Assembly (NCBI GenBank): GCA_964012805.1
Contig: CAXGUD010000012.1
Location: 32,001-96,000 of the forward strand
Source of the DNA: an uncultured Bacteriovoracaceae bacterium
GTDB lineage: Bacteria; Bdellovibrionota; Bacteriovoracia; Bacteriovoracales; Bacteriovoracaceae
DNA length: 64,000 bases
Direction: 5' to 3'
This document shows positions 1 to 10,171 of this stretch, piece after piece. The notes below the pieces were generated by a model. The model saw only the letters and a program-made list of their open reading frames with translations, was not told the DNA's origin and ran no database searches. Positions within the stretch are counted from its first letter, which is position 1. Each line of letters begins with the position of its first letter. Position numbers and translations under genes: made by a program.

Positions 1-545
1 GGGCCATGAAAAAAACGGCCAAAGGGAAAAAATATCATGGGCTTTTTGGCTGTTGGTACAGTAAAGATAGAGAAAAAGATTATATCTTTTCTAAGGAAAC
101 AATGTTGGATGGGTCTCCTCATTTCATAGCAGGCATAAATTCACCTGTTACTATTTCGAAAGCCTCAGACCTTAAGGGGCTAACAATAGGCATTGTCAGA
201 GGCTATACTACGAGTGAACAGGTTAAGGAATTATTTCAAGCAAAGAAGACAAAAAAATGGGAGGTTTCAAAAGGACATCAGCTTTTCTCTCTTATTGAAA
301 AGAAAAAAGTTGATGTTGTTTTAGAAAATCAATTTGTTGCACAAGATATTTTTAAAAAGAAGTTTCCTGGAAAAAGTTACAATTTTAAGAAGGTTGGAAG
401 CGACTTCTTTAACGGTAAACTTTTTATGTGCTGGAGTAAGAAATTTCCTGGTGTAAAGAAAATAGCTGATGATTTTGATAAGAATTTAAAAATAATGAAA
501 TCCGATGGCAGTTTACAAAAAATCAAAAAAGAATTTAATTTTTAA
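1..545 (+). CDS. Family-3 (amino-acid type) solute-binding protein, N-terminally truncated by the window edge
   Basis: Frame is open upstream of the ATG at 6. Motifs DLKGLTIGIVRGY, KKKVDVVL and C-terminal MKSDGSLQKIKKEF are typical of SBP_bac_3 proteins. Paralogous to 33715, 37298 and 59848. Confidence 0.8.
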   Translation, partial: AMKKTAKGKKYHGLFGCWYSKDREKDYIFSKETMLDGSPHFIAGINSPVTISKASDLKGLTIGIVRGYTTSEQVKELFQAKKTKKWEVSKGHQLFSLIEKKKVDVVLENQFVAQDIFKKKFPGKSYNFKKVGSDFFNGKLFMCWSKKFPGVKKIADDFDKNLKIMKSDGSLQKIKKEFNF

Positions 546-1014
546 ATTATAATTTTAAAATTGCGACCTTGTGGGGGGATCTTTAATGCCCCCACCACAT
601 CGGTTCTTTTTGTGCTACGCGCATTGGTGCCATTTAGGAACTCTATCTCACTAAAAGAGGATGCATAAAAGTCGGCATCATAAAAAATAAATGTTTGTTC
701 CTCCTTTTTTATTATTTTATAAGGTTTTTGCTCCTTCTTTCCGTTTCTCGCGCTCTTTTCTTTGAATGTTTTTTCGAGAAAAAAATAAAATACTATTTTT
801 TCTTTTAGCCAGTGCCAGAATGGAATAAATAAATTTGATTTTTCTTGTTTTTTTTAAAAAAACTTACAAATAGGCCATATGTAAGTTCTTAAATTCATTG
901 TCAGAAAAGGTTAGATGAAGAATTCATTTAGTTGGTATTTAAGATAACTACCACTCTGATGATTGGGTTTAAATTACCTCTTTGTCAGAAAAACTTGAGT
1001 CATGGAGGTTAAAA

Positions 1015-1827
1015 ATGATTAACGTTTTTATAAAAAATTTTTTATTTTTGGGCCTTATTATTTTAGTGGTCTCATGTGGAAAAAATTATAAACGACATGA
1101 TTCTTCGGAAAACTTAGATTTTAATAAGTCTTTAACGGTTATCAGGGAGAATAATTTTGTTAAGGTTCCAGAAAACCCTGATTTGTATTCCGATTTGCTT
1201 TCTTCTAAAGTTCTAAACTCTATCGGAAGAATGGAGCTAGGTTGTACTGTTACCCATATTGGGGGACGTTTTGCAATAACTGCAGGTCATTGTTTCGCTA
1301 ACCCATATTTAAGAGAGGATAGGGCCTCTTTTTTTGTAAAAGATGTTAGTTGTAATTATGTTTCTGGACTTCCTAACAGTAAGTATGAAGTATCTTTTGG
1401 GGTGAGAGGAAAGTCACTTGGAAATGTTAAAGGCCAATGTGAAAAAATTATTATCGCTGAGAATAGTGCTCATTTAGACTTTGCAATAATCAAGCTTACC
1501 AAAGCACCTAAAGAGGCAATTTTTTTAAAGGAAAAATCTAAAGCAATTGAGGGGAAAAAAGTAACGATCTATTCTCATCCCTCTAAAAGGGCCTTAGAGT
1601 GGTCACAAGATTGTTACTTATTAGGTAGGAGAATGGACGAGCTTAATAGAATTCAATATGACTGTGATACGGAAGGTGGAAGTAGTGGAGCAGCTGTTTT
1701 AGATACGGATTCGTTAGAAATTGTTGCTATTCATACTAATGGAACTTTCAATAGTTATTATGGACACAATTCTGGTCAACCCATTCAAGATATTATTAAC
1801 AAGTTAAAAAAAGAACTTGATATTTGA
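1015..1827 (+). CDS. Trypsin-like (S1) serine protease, lipoprotein
   Basis: TAGHC (His), DFAII (Asp), DTEGGSSG (Ser) and lipobox LVVSC. GGAGG precedes the ATG at 1015 (track start 982). Confidence 0.9.
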   Translation: MINVFIKNFLFLGLIILVVSCGKNYKRHDSSENLDFNKSLTVIRENNFVKVPENPDLYSDLLSSKVLNSIGRMELGCTVTHIGGRFAITAGHCFANPYLREDRASFFVKDVSCNYVSGLPNSKYEVSFGVRGKSLGNVKGQCEKIIIAENSAHLDFAIIKLTKAPKEAIFLKEKSKAIEGKKVTIYSHPSKRALEWSQDCYLLGRRMDELNRIQYDCDTEGGSSGAAVLDTDSLEIVAIHTNGTFNSYYGHNSGQPIQDIINKLKKELDI

Positions 1828-1851
1828 TTCCCTAAATTGAGTAAGTTAAAT

Positions 1852-1883
1852 AAAAAGGGGGACGGTTAAGAGTCCTCTTTTTT
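1852..1883 (+). terminator. Intrinsic terminator
   Basis: AAAAAGGGGGAC-loop-GTCCTCTTTTTT hairpin with T-run just after the protease stop. Confidence 0.75.
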
Positions 1884-2070
1884 ATTTTAAAATAATTTCT
1901 ATTTCAAGGATCGATTATTTCTTAATCACTAAAGAAGAAAACTTTTTTTTGTAAATTGAAATAAAATTTTTTTTGTTGTTTAATAAAAAAATACTTGAAA
2001 AAAATTAAATTAAATTTTAATTTTTTCGTTCATAAATAAAAAATTAAAATACTCCGATAATTACTGCGTT

Positions 2071-2808
2071 ATGGAGTTTTATAATTTTTTTTACTTTTTA
2101 TACTTAGATTTAAAAAAACAAGCAAAAGAACAAAAAGTTCCAAAAAAGGTCATTTTTGATCAAATTTACTTCACTGGTGTTCAAGCACTACCCATCATTG
2201 CAATTATTTCACTCCTTTTGGGCGCCATAATTATTAAGGAAGGACATGCTTATGTTGGAAAATTTGTCGATAAAAGCTGGATTTATAAAATTATTGTAAG
2301 TGTTATGATTCGTGATGCTGCTCCCTTTATAACTGCTCTTATTGTTTTAAGTCGATCTGGAATTGCGATGGCAACTGAGCTTGGTTATATGAATATAAAT
2401 AAAGAGGTCGATTCGTTGAGAATCATGGGAATATCACCCCTTACTTATATTGTATTACCAAGGATATTGGGAGTCTCAATTTCGGTTGTATTATTAGTGA
2501 TTTATTTTCTTTTGATTGGGATTATTGGTGGTTATATAGTTACCAATGTTTTTTCGCCAATACCTTTTTGGGTCTTTATGGAAAAACTTTCTCAAAATAT
2601 GAGTTTTTCGGATCTTTTTATTATGTTTATAAAAGCTTTGTCATCCGGTTTTTTAATTTCTTTTATTTGTTGCTTTCATGGACTTAATGTCAGGTATAGT
2701 TTTACGGAAATACCACAAAGAAATATTAAGGCCTTTGCCCAGAGTGCCTTATCTATAACTTTTATTAATTTTATGGGAATAATGTTTTATTTGGTCTTTT
2801 TTACATGA
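2071..2808 (+). CDS. mlaE: MlaE-family ABC permease
   Basis: QIYFTGVQALP, RSGIAMATELGYMNINKEVDSLRIMGISP and LPR motifs; multi-TM; first gene of an overlapping operon. Confidence 0.88.
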   Translation: MEFYNFFYFLYLDLKKQAKEQKVPKKVIFDQIYFTGVQALPIIAIISLLLGAIIIKEGHAYVGKFVDKSWIYKIIVSVMIRDAAPFITALIVLSRSGIAMATELGYMNINKEVDSLRIMGISPLTYIVLPRILGVSISVVLLVIYFLLIGIIGGYIVTNVFSPIPFWVFMEKLSQNMSFSDLFIMFIKALSSGFLISFICCFHGLNVRYSFTEIPQRNIKAFAQSALSITFINFMGIMFYLVFFT

Positions 2809-3482
2809 CTATAAAAATTAAAAATTTAACTTTAAGGAACCTTGAAGGCAATTTTAAAGATTTAACTTTTTCTTTTGAATATGGAAAAAGTTATTTCGTT
2901 CGCGGAGTTAACGGAATTGGAAAAACAACTCTAGTGAACTCATTGGTCGGCTTACATAAGCCTTTAATAGGAGATATTTTATACGATGGTGTTAATTTTT
3001 ACAAAGGTTCTAGGCAAGATAGATATAAAATACGCCAAAAAATGGGAATAATTTTCGACAAGCCAGGACTTCTTTCTAATTTAACAATATTTGAGAATTT
3101 AAAATTGAGATTTCTATCAATAGAAAAAATTAATCTTTGGGAAGACAACTGGAATAAACGAGAAATCGATATTCTGATTGGAGAGGAGTTAATTGATTTA
3201 GGTTTAGAAAACAAAAAATACTTAAGGCCAAATTTACTTTCTCAAGGTGAAATTAAAAAAATATCAATATCCAGGGCCTTGATTTCAAATCCAAAAATAA
3301 TTATTTGGGATAATGCATTTGAAGGTTTATCTATAGAGGATAAAGTGTATTTTGAGAAAAAAATACTTAATCTGAAAAGTAAAAATGCGATTATAATTTT
3401 TTTTAACTCATGGATTTCATGCAAAGACGATTTATTGGATGATGTCTTAGATTTAAATGAATGGAGAAAGAAAGTTGATTAA
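2805..3482 (+). CDS. MlaF-like ABC ATP-binding protein with degenerate catalytic motifs
   Basis: Walker A GVNGIGKT and signature LSQGE. Walker B reads IIIWDN rather than DE, and no His switch is evident. ATGA overlap with mlaE. Confidence 0.8.
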   Translation: MTIKIKNLTLRNLEGNFKDLTFSFEYGKSYFVRGVNGIGKTTLVNSLVGLHKPLIGDILYDGVNFYKGSRQDRYKIRQKMGIIFDKPGLLSNLTIFENLKLRFLSIEKINLWEDNWNKREIDILIGEELIDLGLENKKYLRPNLLSQGEIKKISISRALISNPKIIIWDNAFEGLSIEDKVYFEKKILNLKSKNAIIIFFNSWISCKDDLLDDVLDLNEWRKKVD

Positions 3483-4407
3483 TAAGAATGATGCAACAAA
3501 AAAGACGCCCGTGATTTTTTTGTTAGGCGCAGTCTTAATTCTTTCTATTTTTCTAGGTCTACTTATAACCCAAAGAAATATACTTTTACCGAAAAAAAGA
3601 TTTTATACCTATATTAAAAACGCAAGCGGATTGGATGTGAGACCAAGAGTTTACTTAAAAGGAATTAATATAGGGAGAGTCACAGAATATGAACTGACTA
3701 ATGACAATAGAATAAAGGTTAATTTTTATATTCTAAAAAAATATTTAAAAAATATTACTAAAAACACTATTGTTTTGACTGAAGAAAATCTGTTAACAGG
3801 TGGGGTGGATAAATTAAATTTGGCAACTGAATTTTCATCAAAGAAAAATAATTTAATTGGTAAGAAGTTTATTCCTTGGGAGAATAGTCCCGAGGGAATT
3901 AAAATTAAAAATGACTATCAACTAGACTACTCAGGAAATCAAATAACAATTCTTATTAATCAAATGTCTACTATATTTGCTAACATGGATAAAAAAGAAT
4001 TAACAGATTCCCTAAGAAATATTGTTTTAAATACAGAAAGTGTTTTAAAAAATATTAATGAAAATAAAATACCAAATAAAGTTGGGAATACTGTCTTTCA
4101 AACAAAAAAATTGGTCATAAGTTTAAGACAATTAGTGGATAATTATAAAGAACCAAATGGTATCCTTCTTAAAATGACAGACCCAAATCTAAGAAGTATT
4201 TTTGGAGAAATAGAAAAATCATTAAATCACCTTTCCGGTATATTAGAAAAAGTTCATGAAAACAAAAATGAAATCGGCCCTCTTCTTGAAAACCTTAATG
4301 TTGTTCTCAAGGAAGTTAAACAAATCACTAGTAAATTAAATAGATTGGAAGTTTTTGAAAAGAATAGAATTAAAAAGGAGCGCATTGACTTTGAAATTGA
4401 TAATTAA
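3457..4407 (+). CDS. mlaD: MlaD/MCE-domain protein with long helical C-terminus
   Basis: N-terminal TM, then NASGLDVRPRVYLKGINIGRV (MCE signature) and a coiled-coil tail. True start may be TTG at 3475. Confidence 0.85.
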   Translation: MNGERKLINKNDATKKTPVIFLLGAVLILSIFLGLLITQRNILLPKKRFYTYIKNASGLDVRPRVYLKGINIGRVTEYELTNDNRIKVNFYILKKYLKNITKNTIVLTEENLLTGGVDKLNLATEFSSKKNNLIGKKFIPWENSPEGIKIKNDYQLDYSGNQITILINQMSTIFANMDKKELTDSLRNIVLNTESVLKNINENKIPNKVGNTVFQTKKLVISLRQLVDNYKEPNGILLKMTDPNLRSIFGEIEKSLNHLSGILEKVHENKNEIGPLLENLNVVLKEVKQITSKLNRLEVFEKNRIKKERIDFEIDN

Positions 4408-5221
4408 TTGCTTTCTTATTTTTGTTTTTTCGTCTTGTTCTTTTCAAATGGGGAAAGCACCAAAAGAGCAAATGTTTAATACCTTTGAAAGGGCTTCTTA
4501 CCTTGTAAAAAGATCCAAGGCTTTAAGGTATAAAGGCAAAATAGATGATTCAATTAAGTTAATGGAAAACGCCACACTTAACTTTTTAGCTTCAGGAAAA
4601 AGAAAAGAATTTTTTTTGACAAATGTACAAATATTAATTTTGTCTTTGACTCACAATAAAAAAAGAGAATATGAAAAAGAAATAAAAAAACTAGAAAACT
4701 TCAATATGATAAATGATTTAAATATGGATATACCATTAACTATAGTCAAGTCTTATTTTTATTTCAAAAAGAATAAAAAAAAAATAGCTATTGAAATTTT
4801 AAACAATTATGAGCTAGTCAATACAATCGATGATTTGAGAACTAAAATTTATTTTCTATCAATTCGGATGGAAATATCTGATTTTGATGTAAAAAACGAT
4901 TTAATTTTATCCTTGGATAAAATGTGCAGATCATACGAAAAAAGTAAATCCGAAAGGAATGGAAAAAAAATAAATCTAGAATTATTATCTAAAGCATCTT
5001 TTAACTTAGGTAAGGCTTTTCTGAGAATAGGGGACTTGAAAAAATCAAATTTCTGGCTTTTGAAAAATTATGAAATAAATAAACGACTTCAGCATTATGT
5101 TAAATTAATTCCAACATTAGAACTTTTAAAGGCTAATTTTGAGCGCATGGGGTTGAGAAAAAAAAGTAATTATTATAAAAATCTAGAAAATTTTTACGTG
5201 GATTTTTTAAACTCTCTTTAA
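4355..5221 (+). CDS. Putative all-helical (TPR-like) lipoprotein, last gene of the Mla-like operon
   Basis: Lipobox FSSC and helical-repeat character. AAGGAG at 4375-4380 suggests a TTG start at 4385 or 4391. Confidence 0.6.
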   Translation: MKRIELKRSALTLKLIINCFLIFVFSSCSFQMGKAPKEQMFNTFERASYLVKRSKALRYKGKIDDSIKLMENATLNFLASGKRKEFFLTNVQILILSLTHNKKREYEKEIKKLENFNMINDLNMDIPLTIVKSYFYFKKNKKKIAIEILNNYELVNTIDDLRTKIYFLSIRMEISDFDVKNDLILSLDKMCRSYEKSKSERNGKKINLELLSKASFNLGKAFLRIGDLKKSNFWLLKNYEINKRLQHYVKLIPTLELLKANFERMGLRKKSNYYKNLENFYVDFLNSL

Positions 5222-5238
5222 AGTAATCATAAAAATAA

Positions 5239-7734
5239 CTAAAGAGAAAATTTTAAGACTTCTTTATAGGGAAGGATTAAATTTTGGTTCATTATTGTTT
5301 CATTTAGTTTACTTTGATCAGGGATTTGTTTGAATAAATTTGCGATACTTGTAAAAGTGGATGATTCCATATCTTTATGGATCGATTTTAATAACAACGA
5401 AATATAACTGGTCCTAAGAGTGATTAAATTTATGGTATGGTCAAAGTCTGGGTATGTTTTTGCTAAAAGTGCCATCCTTGCAAGCTTTGTCTTATCAATA
5501 AGATTTAAGTCCTGGATTAGGAATGTTTTTTGAAACAAATTAGATAATAAAATCTTCAAATCTTTAATTTTTTCCTCGATCTTACTATCAAAGGAAAAAT
5601 CTAATTCAATTGGGGAGAAGAGATTCATAACATTTCGGTAAAGTAAAATATAATCAAAGATGTCTATTAATTTGTTTGTTATTTCAACCCTGTGATTAAT
5701 TCCCTTTGTGTTTTCTCTTTTTCCATAATCCTTTTCACCTTTTATTGATGTATAGTCAAACTCTGCTGCTTTTGTGTGTATTTTTGTGTTCAGTGATTTC
5801 ATACTTTTAGTCTTGATATTGACTTTATCTATAAACCCTTTGTATCTTTCCATATGTTGAGGTACTCCATCTGCCTCACATAGTGGAGATAAAAAGAATT
5901 CAAGTTCTTCAATACTAGCTTGGATACTATTTTTTAAATCCAATATAACCGATTCTTTGTCTTTTATCGTTAAGATCTCTTTCATGAAAGTATAGCTTTG
6001 CTGGTCTTTTTTTGCTTCCTGATAATATTTCTCAAAGTCTGATATGTCTTCAACAATAAACATTAATTTTTCAACATTTTTTTGCTTGTTAAATATAGGT
6101 GAGTAAGAAATTTTTAATGTCCTTCCTTCAGGTCTTTCACTATCGGCAAATATTATAGATTGCGGAAAGTTAACTTCAACAAAAGAATAGTTAAGTTCAT
6201 CATCTCCAAAAACACTTTTAAAACTCAATAAAACTTCATCAAATTTTCTTGAGCCTTTTTGGTAGCTTATAAATAAAAATTCAAATACACTTTTACCCTT
6301 AATGTCTTTTTTAAATAATTTTTCTGAGTACGATGAAAAAGGAGGCGTAACCTTCAAATCTTTTCCCACATAAAAAATAGAACTTTCTAAATTATTTAGA
6401 AGACCTGATATTTCTTTTGTTCTTTTCTCGATTTTATCTTCTAGCTCATTATTTAATGTCTCTGCTCTTTGGTAGGCATAGGAAAATTTCTTCGAAATGA
6501 TATAACTTTGGATAAAGACAAATATACTGCTTGTGAAAAGGCTTATTCCAGGTGGTGGAACCATTTGTCTTGCTACTAAAATATCATAAATAGCTCCAAA
6601 AATAAGAATAATATTTCCACTTAAACAAATTCTTGAATAAGGAATATTTTTTATTGAGGCCCTTGTCATTTGGAACAGAAGATAAAATGATATTAAGATT
6701 ATAATGTACTGGTAAGCTTCAGTTAAACGTGTAAAAAAGGAAACTGGTGTCAAAATTGTGATTGCCGAAAGTAAAAGACCAAGCCTCCAATACCACTTTA
6801 ATAAAATATTACTAAAATAATTTTCAAAAATACATTTTAAAAATGTCAAAAAAGTTTGTCCGATAAGGAAAAAAGTAAGATATTCAAGTTTTTTTCCAAG
6901 GGCATAGGCAAAGATCCCTGGATTTTCAAAAAAAACATCAAAATATGAATTAATTGAAAGATAACGAATTGTCATTGTTAAACAAAATAAAGCAAACCAT
7001 AAACTCTCTTTGTCTTCTTTTCTTTGATAGAATATTCCTAAATGGTTTATCGCCATAATTAGAAAAACACCTAAGATGAAAAAAGATCCATGGTTATTGG
7101 TATCAAATTGTTTCTTTAGTTCGTTTTTAAGGCCTATTTTTATTGTTTTTAAAGGGCCACCATCTCGATGATAGAAGTTTGATACGTGGATTAAAATTTT
7201 GAAACTTTTTTCTTTTAAAATAAAATCATTAAAAAACTGCCCACTTTGTGGAGTGGAGTTATTAATTTTATTCCCAACTTTTCCAAGACCTCCTAAGTCT
7301 TCGTAACCATTTTTATAAACAATCATTATTTTATAGCTTGATGAAATCTCAGTTGCCATTAAGCTTAATTTTGTATCTTTGGGGATCCCCTTGACTTCCA
7401 GGACATAACTTGAATATCCATAATCTTTAAAGTTTTTTAAATCTTTATCTTTTCCGGCACTCCACGCACCTGGAATCTTAATGAGATGGCTATCTCTTAA
7501 CCTCTTTTCAATTTTTTCATTTTTGGGGGGGAGAAGTTCGTTCCAAAAAAATAACCAATCTCCCTCTAAAGAAATTGATTGTTCTTTTTTCAAATCTTCA
7601 ATACTTAAATCAATTTTACCCTTTTCCACCTTTCCTATGGTTAAAGTCTGATCTTTTGCATACCCAAAGGGAATTCCACTTGAAACCATTAGAAGTATAG
7701 AGGTTAGGAAATGTAATTTTAATCTTTTAAACAT
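5239..7734 (-). CDS. 7TM-DISM-type membrane sensor with PAS-like domain and unrecognised C-terminal domain (no kinase)
   Basis: Signal peptide, extracellular LEGDWLFFWNELL...VSNFYHRDGG domain, 7 TM, coiled coil, PAS-like LLNNLESSIF...KLMFIVEDISD. No N/G1/F/G2 boxes. Confidence 0.75.
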   Translation of the reverse strand: MFKRLKLHFLTSILLMVSSGIPFGYAKDQTLTIGKVEKGKIDLSIEDLKKEQSISLEGDWLFFWNELLPPKNEKIEKRLRDSHLIKIPGAWSAGKDKDLKNFKDYGYSSYVLEVKGIPKDTKLSLMATEISSSYKIMIVYKNGYEDLGGLGKVGNKINNSTPQSGQFFNDFILKEKSFKILIHVSNFYHRDGGPLKTIKIGLKNELKKQFDTNNHGSFFILGVFLIMAINHLGIFYQRKEDKESLWFALFCLTMTIRYLSINSYFDVFFENPGIFAYALGKKLEYLTFFLIGQTFLTFLKCIFENYFSNILLKWYWRLGLLLSAITILTPVSFFTRLTEAYQYIIILISFYLLFQMTRASIKNIPYSRICLSGNIILIFGAIYDILVARQMVPPPGISLFTSSIFVFIQSYIISKKFSYAYQRAETLNNELEDKIEKRTKEISGLLNNLESSIFYVGKDLKVTPPFSSYSEKLFKKDIKGKSVFEFLFISYQKGSRKFDEVLLSFKSVFGDDELNYSFVEVNFPQSIIFADSERPEGRTLKISYSPIFNKQKNVEKLMFIVEDISDFEKYYQEAKKDQQSYTFMKEILTIKDKESVILDLKNSIQASIEELEFFLSPLCEADGVPQHMERYKGFIDKVNIKTKSMKSLNTKIHTKAAEFDYTSIKGEKDYGKRENTKGINHRVEITNKLIDIFDYILLYRNVMNLFSPIELDFSFDSKIEEKIKDLKILLSNLFQKTFLIQDLNLIDKTKLARMALLAKTYPDFDHTINLITLRTSYISLLLKSIHKDMESSTFTSIANLFKQIPDQSKLNETIMNQNLILPYKEVLKFSL

Positions 7735-7975
7735 GAATATTTAACGGTTTTTTAAGCACTTGATTTAGATTAATGAAAGAAATTTTTTAATTAATTTTTT
7801 TAAAACTTCTTTCAAATTTATTTGGTAAAAAAGAGAGGAATAAGATCATTCAAATGGCAAAACTCAATTCCTCAAGTACTTTTCGGGCAATAAAAATGAT
7901 ATATTTTATTGGGTATTTATCAACTTTTGGTGCAGAAAAGACTAAAGGCATCAGTGAAGTGGAGCGAGTTTACAA

Positions 7976-8200
7976 CTATTCTTTTCTTTTTCCCCGCTTT
8001 TTGATGATAAGACCATTTAAGAAGTTTCTCAAGAGTTGATCACCACATTCTTTATAGTTTGGATGGTCCTCTTTTCTGAAGATGGCCGATAACTCAGATT
8101 TTGTCATATGAAAATCTACCAATTTTAAGACTTCTAATATATCGGTGTCTCTATAGGACAAGGCTATCCTAAGTTTTTTTAAAATGTCGTTGTTTGTCAT
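7976..8200 (-). CDS. DUF1456 (YehS-like) family protein
   Basis: MTNNDILKKLRIAL...CGDQLLRNFLNGLIIKKRG is the family signature. Confidence 0.88.
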   Translation of the reverse strand: MTNNDILKKLRIALSYRDTDILEVLKLVDFHMTKSELSAIFRKEDHPNYKECGDQLLRNFLNGLIIKKRGKRKE

Positions 8201-8516
8201 ACAGGCCCCTAAAAACCATGTTTCATGAGATATTTTGCACTTTTAGGTTAAAAAGACCTTTAGTTCAAGCTAAAATGTAAGATTTGTAGTTTTCTCCTAT
8301 TTTTGAACTCAATTCCCTGGCTTATTTAAAAGCCCTTTGAGTTTTTATTACTTTAGATAAATTTTTTGGAAAAAGAATGCCTATTTTATTGAGTTGGCTC
8401 CTTTTTTAAACTGTTAAGGCTTTTTTCCAGGAGTCCTTCTAGGGAATAATTCAAAGTTTGTCATTAGGTATAAAAATTTTATAATTGTGAAAAAAGTTAA
8501 TTTTTAGGATGCAAAA

Positions 8517-9473
8517 ATGAGTATTGAAAAAAGGATTGACCCCAAATCAAATAGGGCCTTAAAAGCTTTTAAAAAAAATTTACCAAAAGGACTTAATGGT
8601 ATTAAAGACATTAATGAAAGAAGAAGACTTCTTTATGAAAATGTACAAAAGATGAAGGCCATCTTTCCTCCAAGCACCAATATTCTTTGTGAAAATCATT
8701 TTACTAGAAGAAAGAATGGTGGTGAAGATTTAAAGTTGCGTAGTTACAGGCCAAAAGATAAAAAAGGAACCCTTCCTTGCCTCTATTATATACATGGAGG
8801 GGGGATGATTATGGGGACTGCTGAAAATGATGATGCCAATGCTTCTCGCTTGAGTGAAGAACTTGGGGTGGTTGTGGTTTCTGTTGATTACCGTTTGGCG
8901 CCCGAAGATCCTCACCCTGCCCAAATAAATGATTGCTATAACGGTCTTTTATGGGTTGAGTCTCAAAAAGAGAGTTTAAAAATAGACACTTCAAAAATTG
9001 CTCTTTATGGACAAAGTGCCGGAGGGGGGTTGGTCATTGCTACATCTATGATGGTACGAGATAGGGGGGGACCTGAAATAATTTTTCAAATGCCTATCTA
9101 CCCAATGCTTGATGACCGGCATGAAACGCCTTCCAGTTATGAAATAGTAGATATAGGTATTTGGGATAGGGAAGCTAGTATTGAAGCTTGGAATTGGTAT
9201 CTGGGAGGAAAGGATGCTGACCCTTATGCGGCACCTTCAAGGGCAACTGCTCTGAAAGGACTTCCACCTACATTTATTGATGTCGGCGAATTAGACTTAT
9301 TTAGGGATGAAAATATTATCTTTGTCCAAAGGCTTCTTCAAGCTGGGGTTGCGACAGAGTTCCACCTTTATCCTGGTGCCTATCATGCTTCTGAAAACTT
9401 TGCGCCTGATGCTGATCTTAGTAAAACGATTTGGAGTAAAAGGATCGAAGCTTTAAAAAAAGCATTTGGGTGA
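8517..9473 (+). CDS. Alpha/beta hydrolase, HSL-family esterase/lipase
   Basis: HGGG, VDYRLAPE, GQSAGG nucleophile, D-LFRDE and GAYH. Confidence 0.92.
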   Translation: MSIEKRIDPKSNRALKAFKKNLPKGLNGIKDINERRRLLYENVQKMKAIFPPSTNILCENHFTRRKNGGEDLKLRSYRPKDKKGTLPCLYYIHGGGMIMGTAENDDANASRLSEELGVVVVSVDYRLAPEDPHPAQINDCYNGLLWVESQKESLKIDTSKIALYGQSAGGGLVIATSMMVRDRGGPEIIFQMPIYPMLDDRHETPSSYEIVDIGIWDREASIEAWNWYLGGKDADPYAAPSRATALKGLPPTFIDVGELDLFRDENIIFVQRLLQAGVATEFHLYPGAYHASENFAPDADLSKTIWSKRIEALKKAFG

Positions 9474-9518
9474 GTTTTTAAATACCTTTTGAATTAAAAA
9501 TGAACCCTGTTGCATTTT

Positions 9519-9941
9519 TTAAGACTTTGATTTTAAGTAATCAAAAAGTTCATTGAGACCTTTTTTGACTTTCTTCTTTTTTTGTTTAATTTCCTTGTCT
9601 TTTTGGTCGAAGCCATCTTGAGAAGATTGGGAAAAGGTCTTTTCATCTCTTAGCGGCTTTTTAGGGGAATCGGAGGTAAGCGCGAGGGATACTTTTAAGG
9701 TCCTACCATCAACTAAGGCTCCATTAAGTCCCTTTATAGCACCCTGGGCTTGTTCTGGTTTTCTCATTTTAATAAAAGCGATACCCTTACTTCTATCTTG
9801 CCCTGATTCCATAACGAGTTTAACGCTTTGGACTTTTCCGTATTTAGAAAAGAGTTTCTTAAGACCTTCTTGATCTCTTTTATAGTTAAGGTTCCCGACA
9901 TATACTGTTGAATCAAGAGTGTATTGTTTTTTTTGTTCCAT
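9519..9941 (-). CDS. RRM RNA-binding protein
   Basis: RNP2 VYVGNL, RNP1 KGIAFIKM, LNGALVDGRTLKV. Confidence 0.92.
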   Translation of the reverse strand: MEQKKQYTLDSTVYVGNLNYKRDQEGLKKLFSKYGKVQSVKLVMESGQDRSKGIAFIKMRKPEQAQGAIKGLNGALVDGRTLKVSLALTSDSPKKPLRDEKTFSQSSQDGFDQKDKEIKQKKKKVKKGLNELFDYLKSKS

Positions 9942-10171
9942 AATTAACTTCTTTTTTGAAAGGCTCTTTCGGCTTATTTTTAGTTGAGTAAAAGTACGTT
10001 AAATCTAAACCTTGAGCACACTATCACCCCTTTTCACAAACTTCTATGACAATTAACTAAGAGAGTATAATTTAAAGGGTAAATGGAGTTTATTTGATTT
10101 TTTAGTGTCCAAAATCCTTAAATTAATGATTATTAAGGAAAAATTGTAATAATTTCAGATATTTAAGCCTG

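Noticed and set aside
8517..9473. Esterase as an 'acetylcholinesterase' completing the cholinergic set
   Set aside because: It is an ordinary cytoplasmic HSL-family esterase 25 kb or more away, and nothing points to choline esters.
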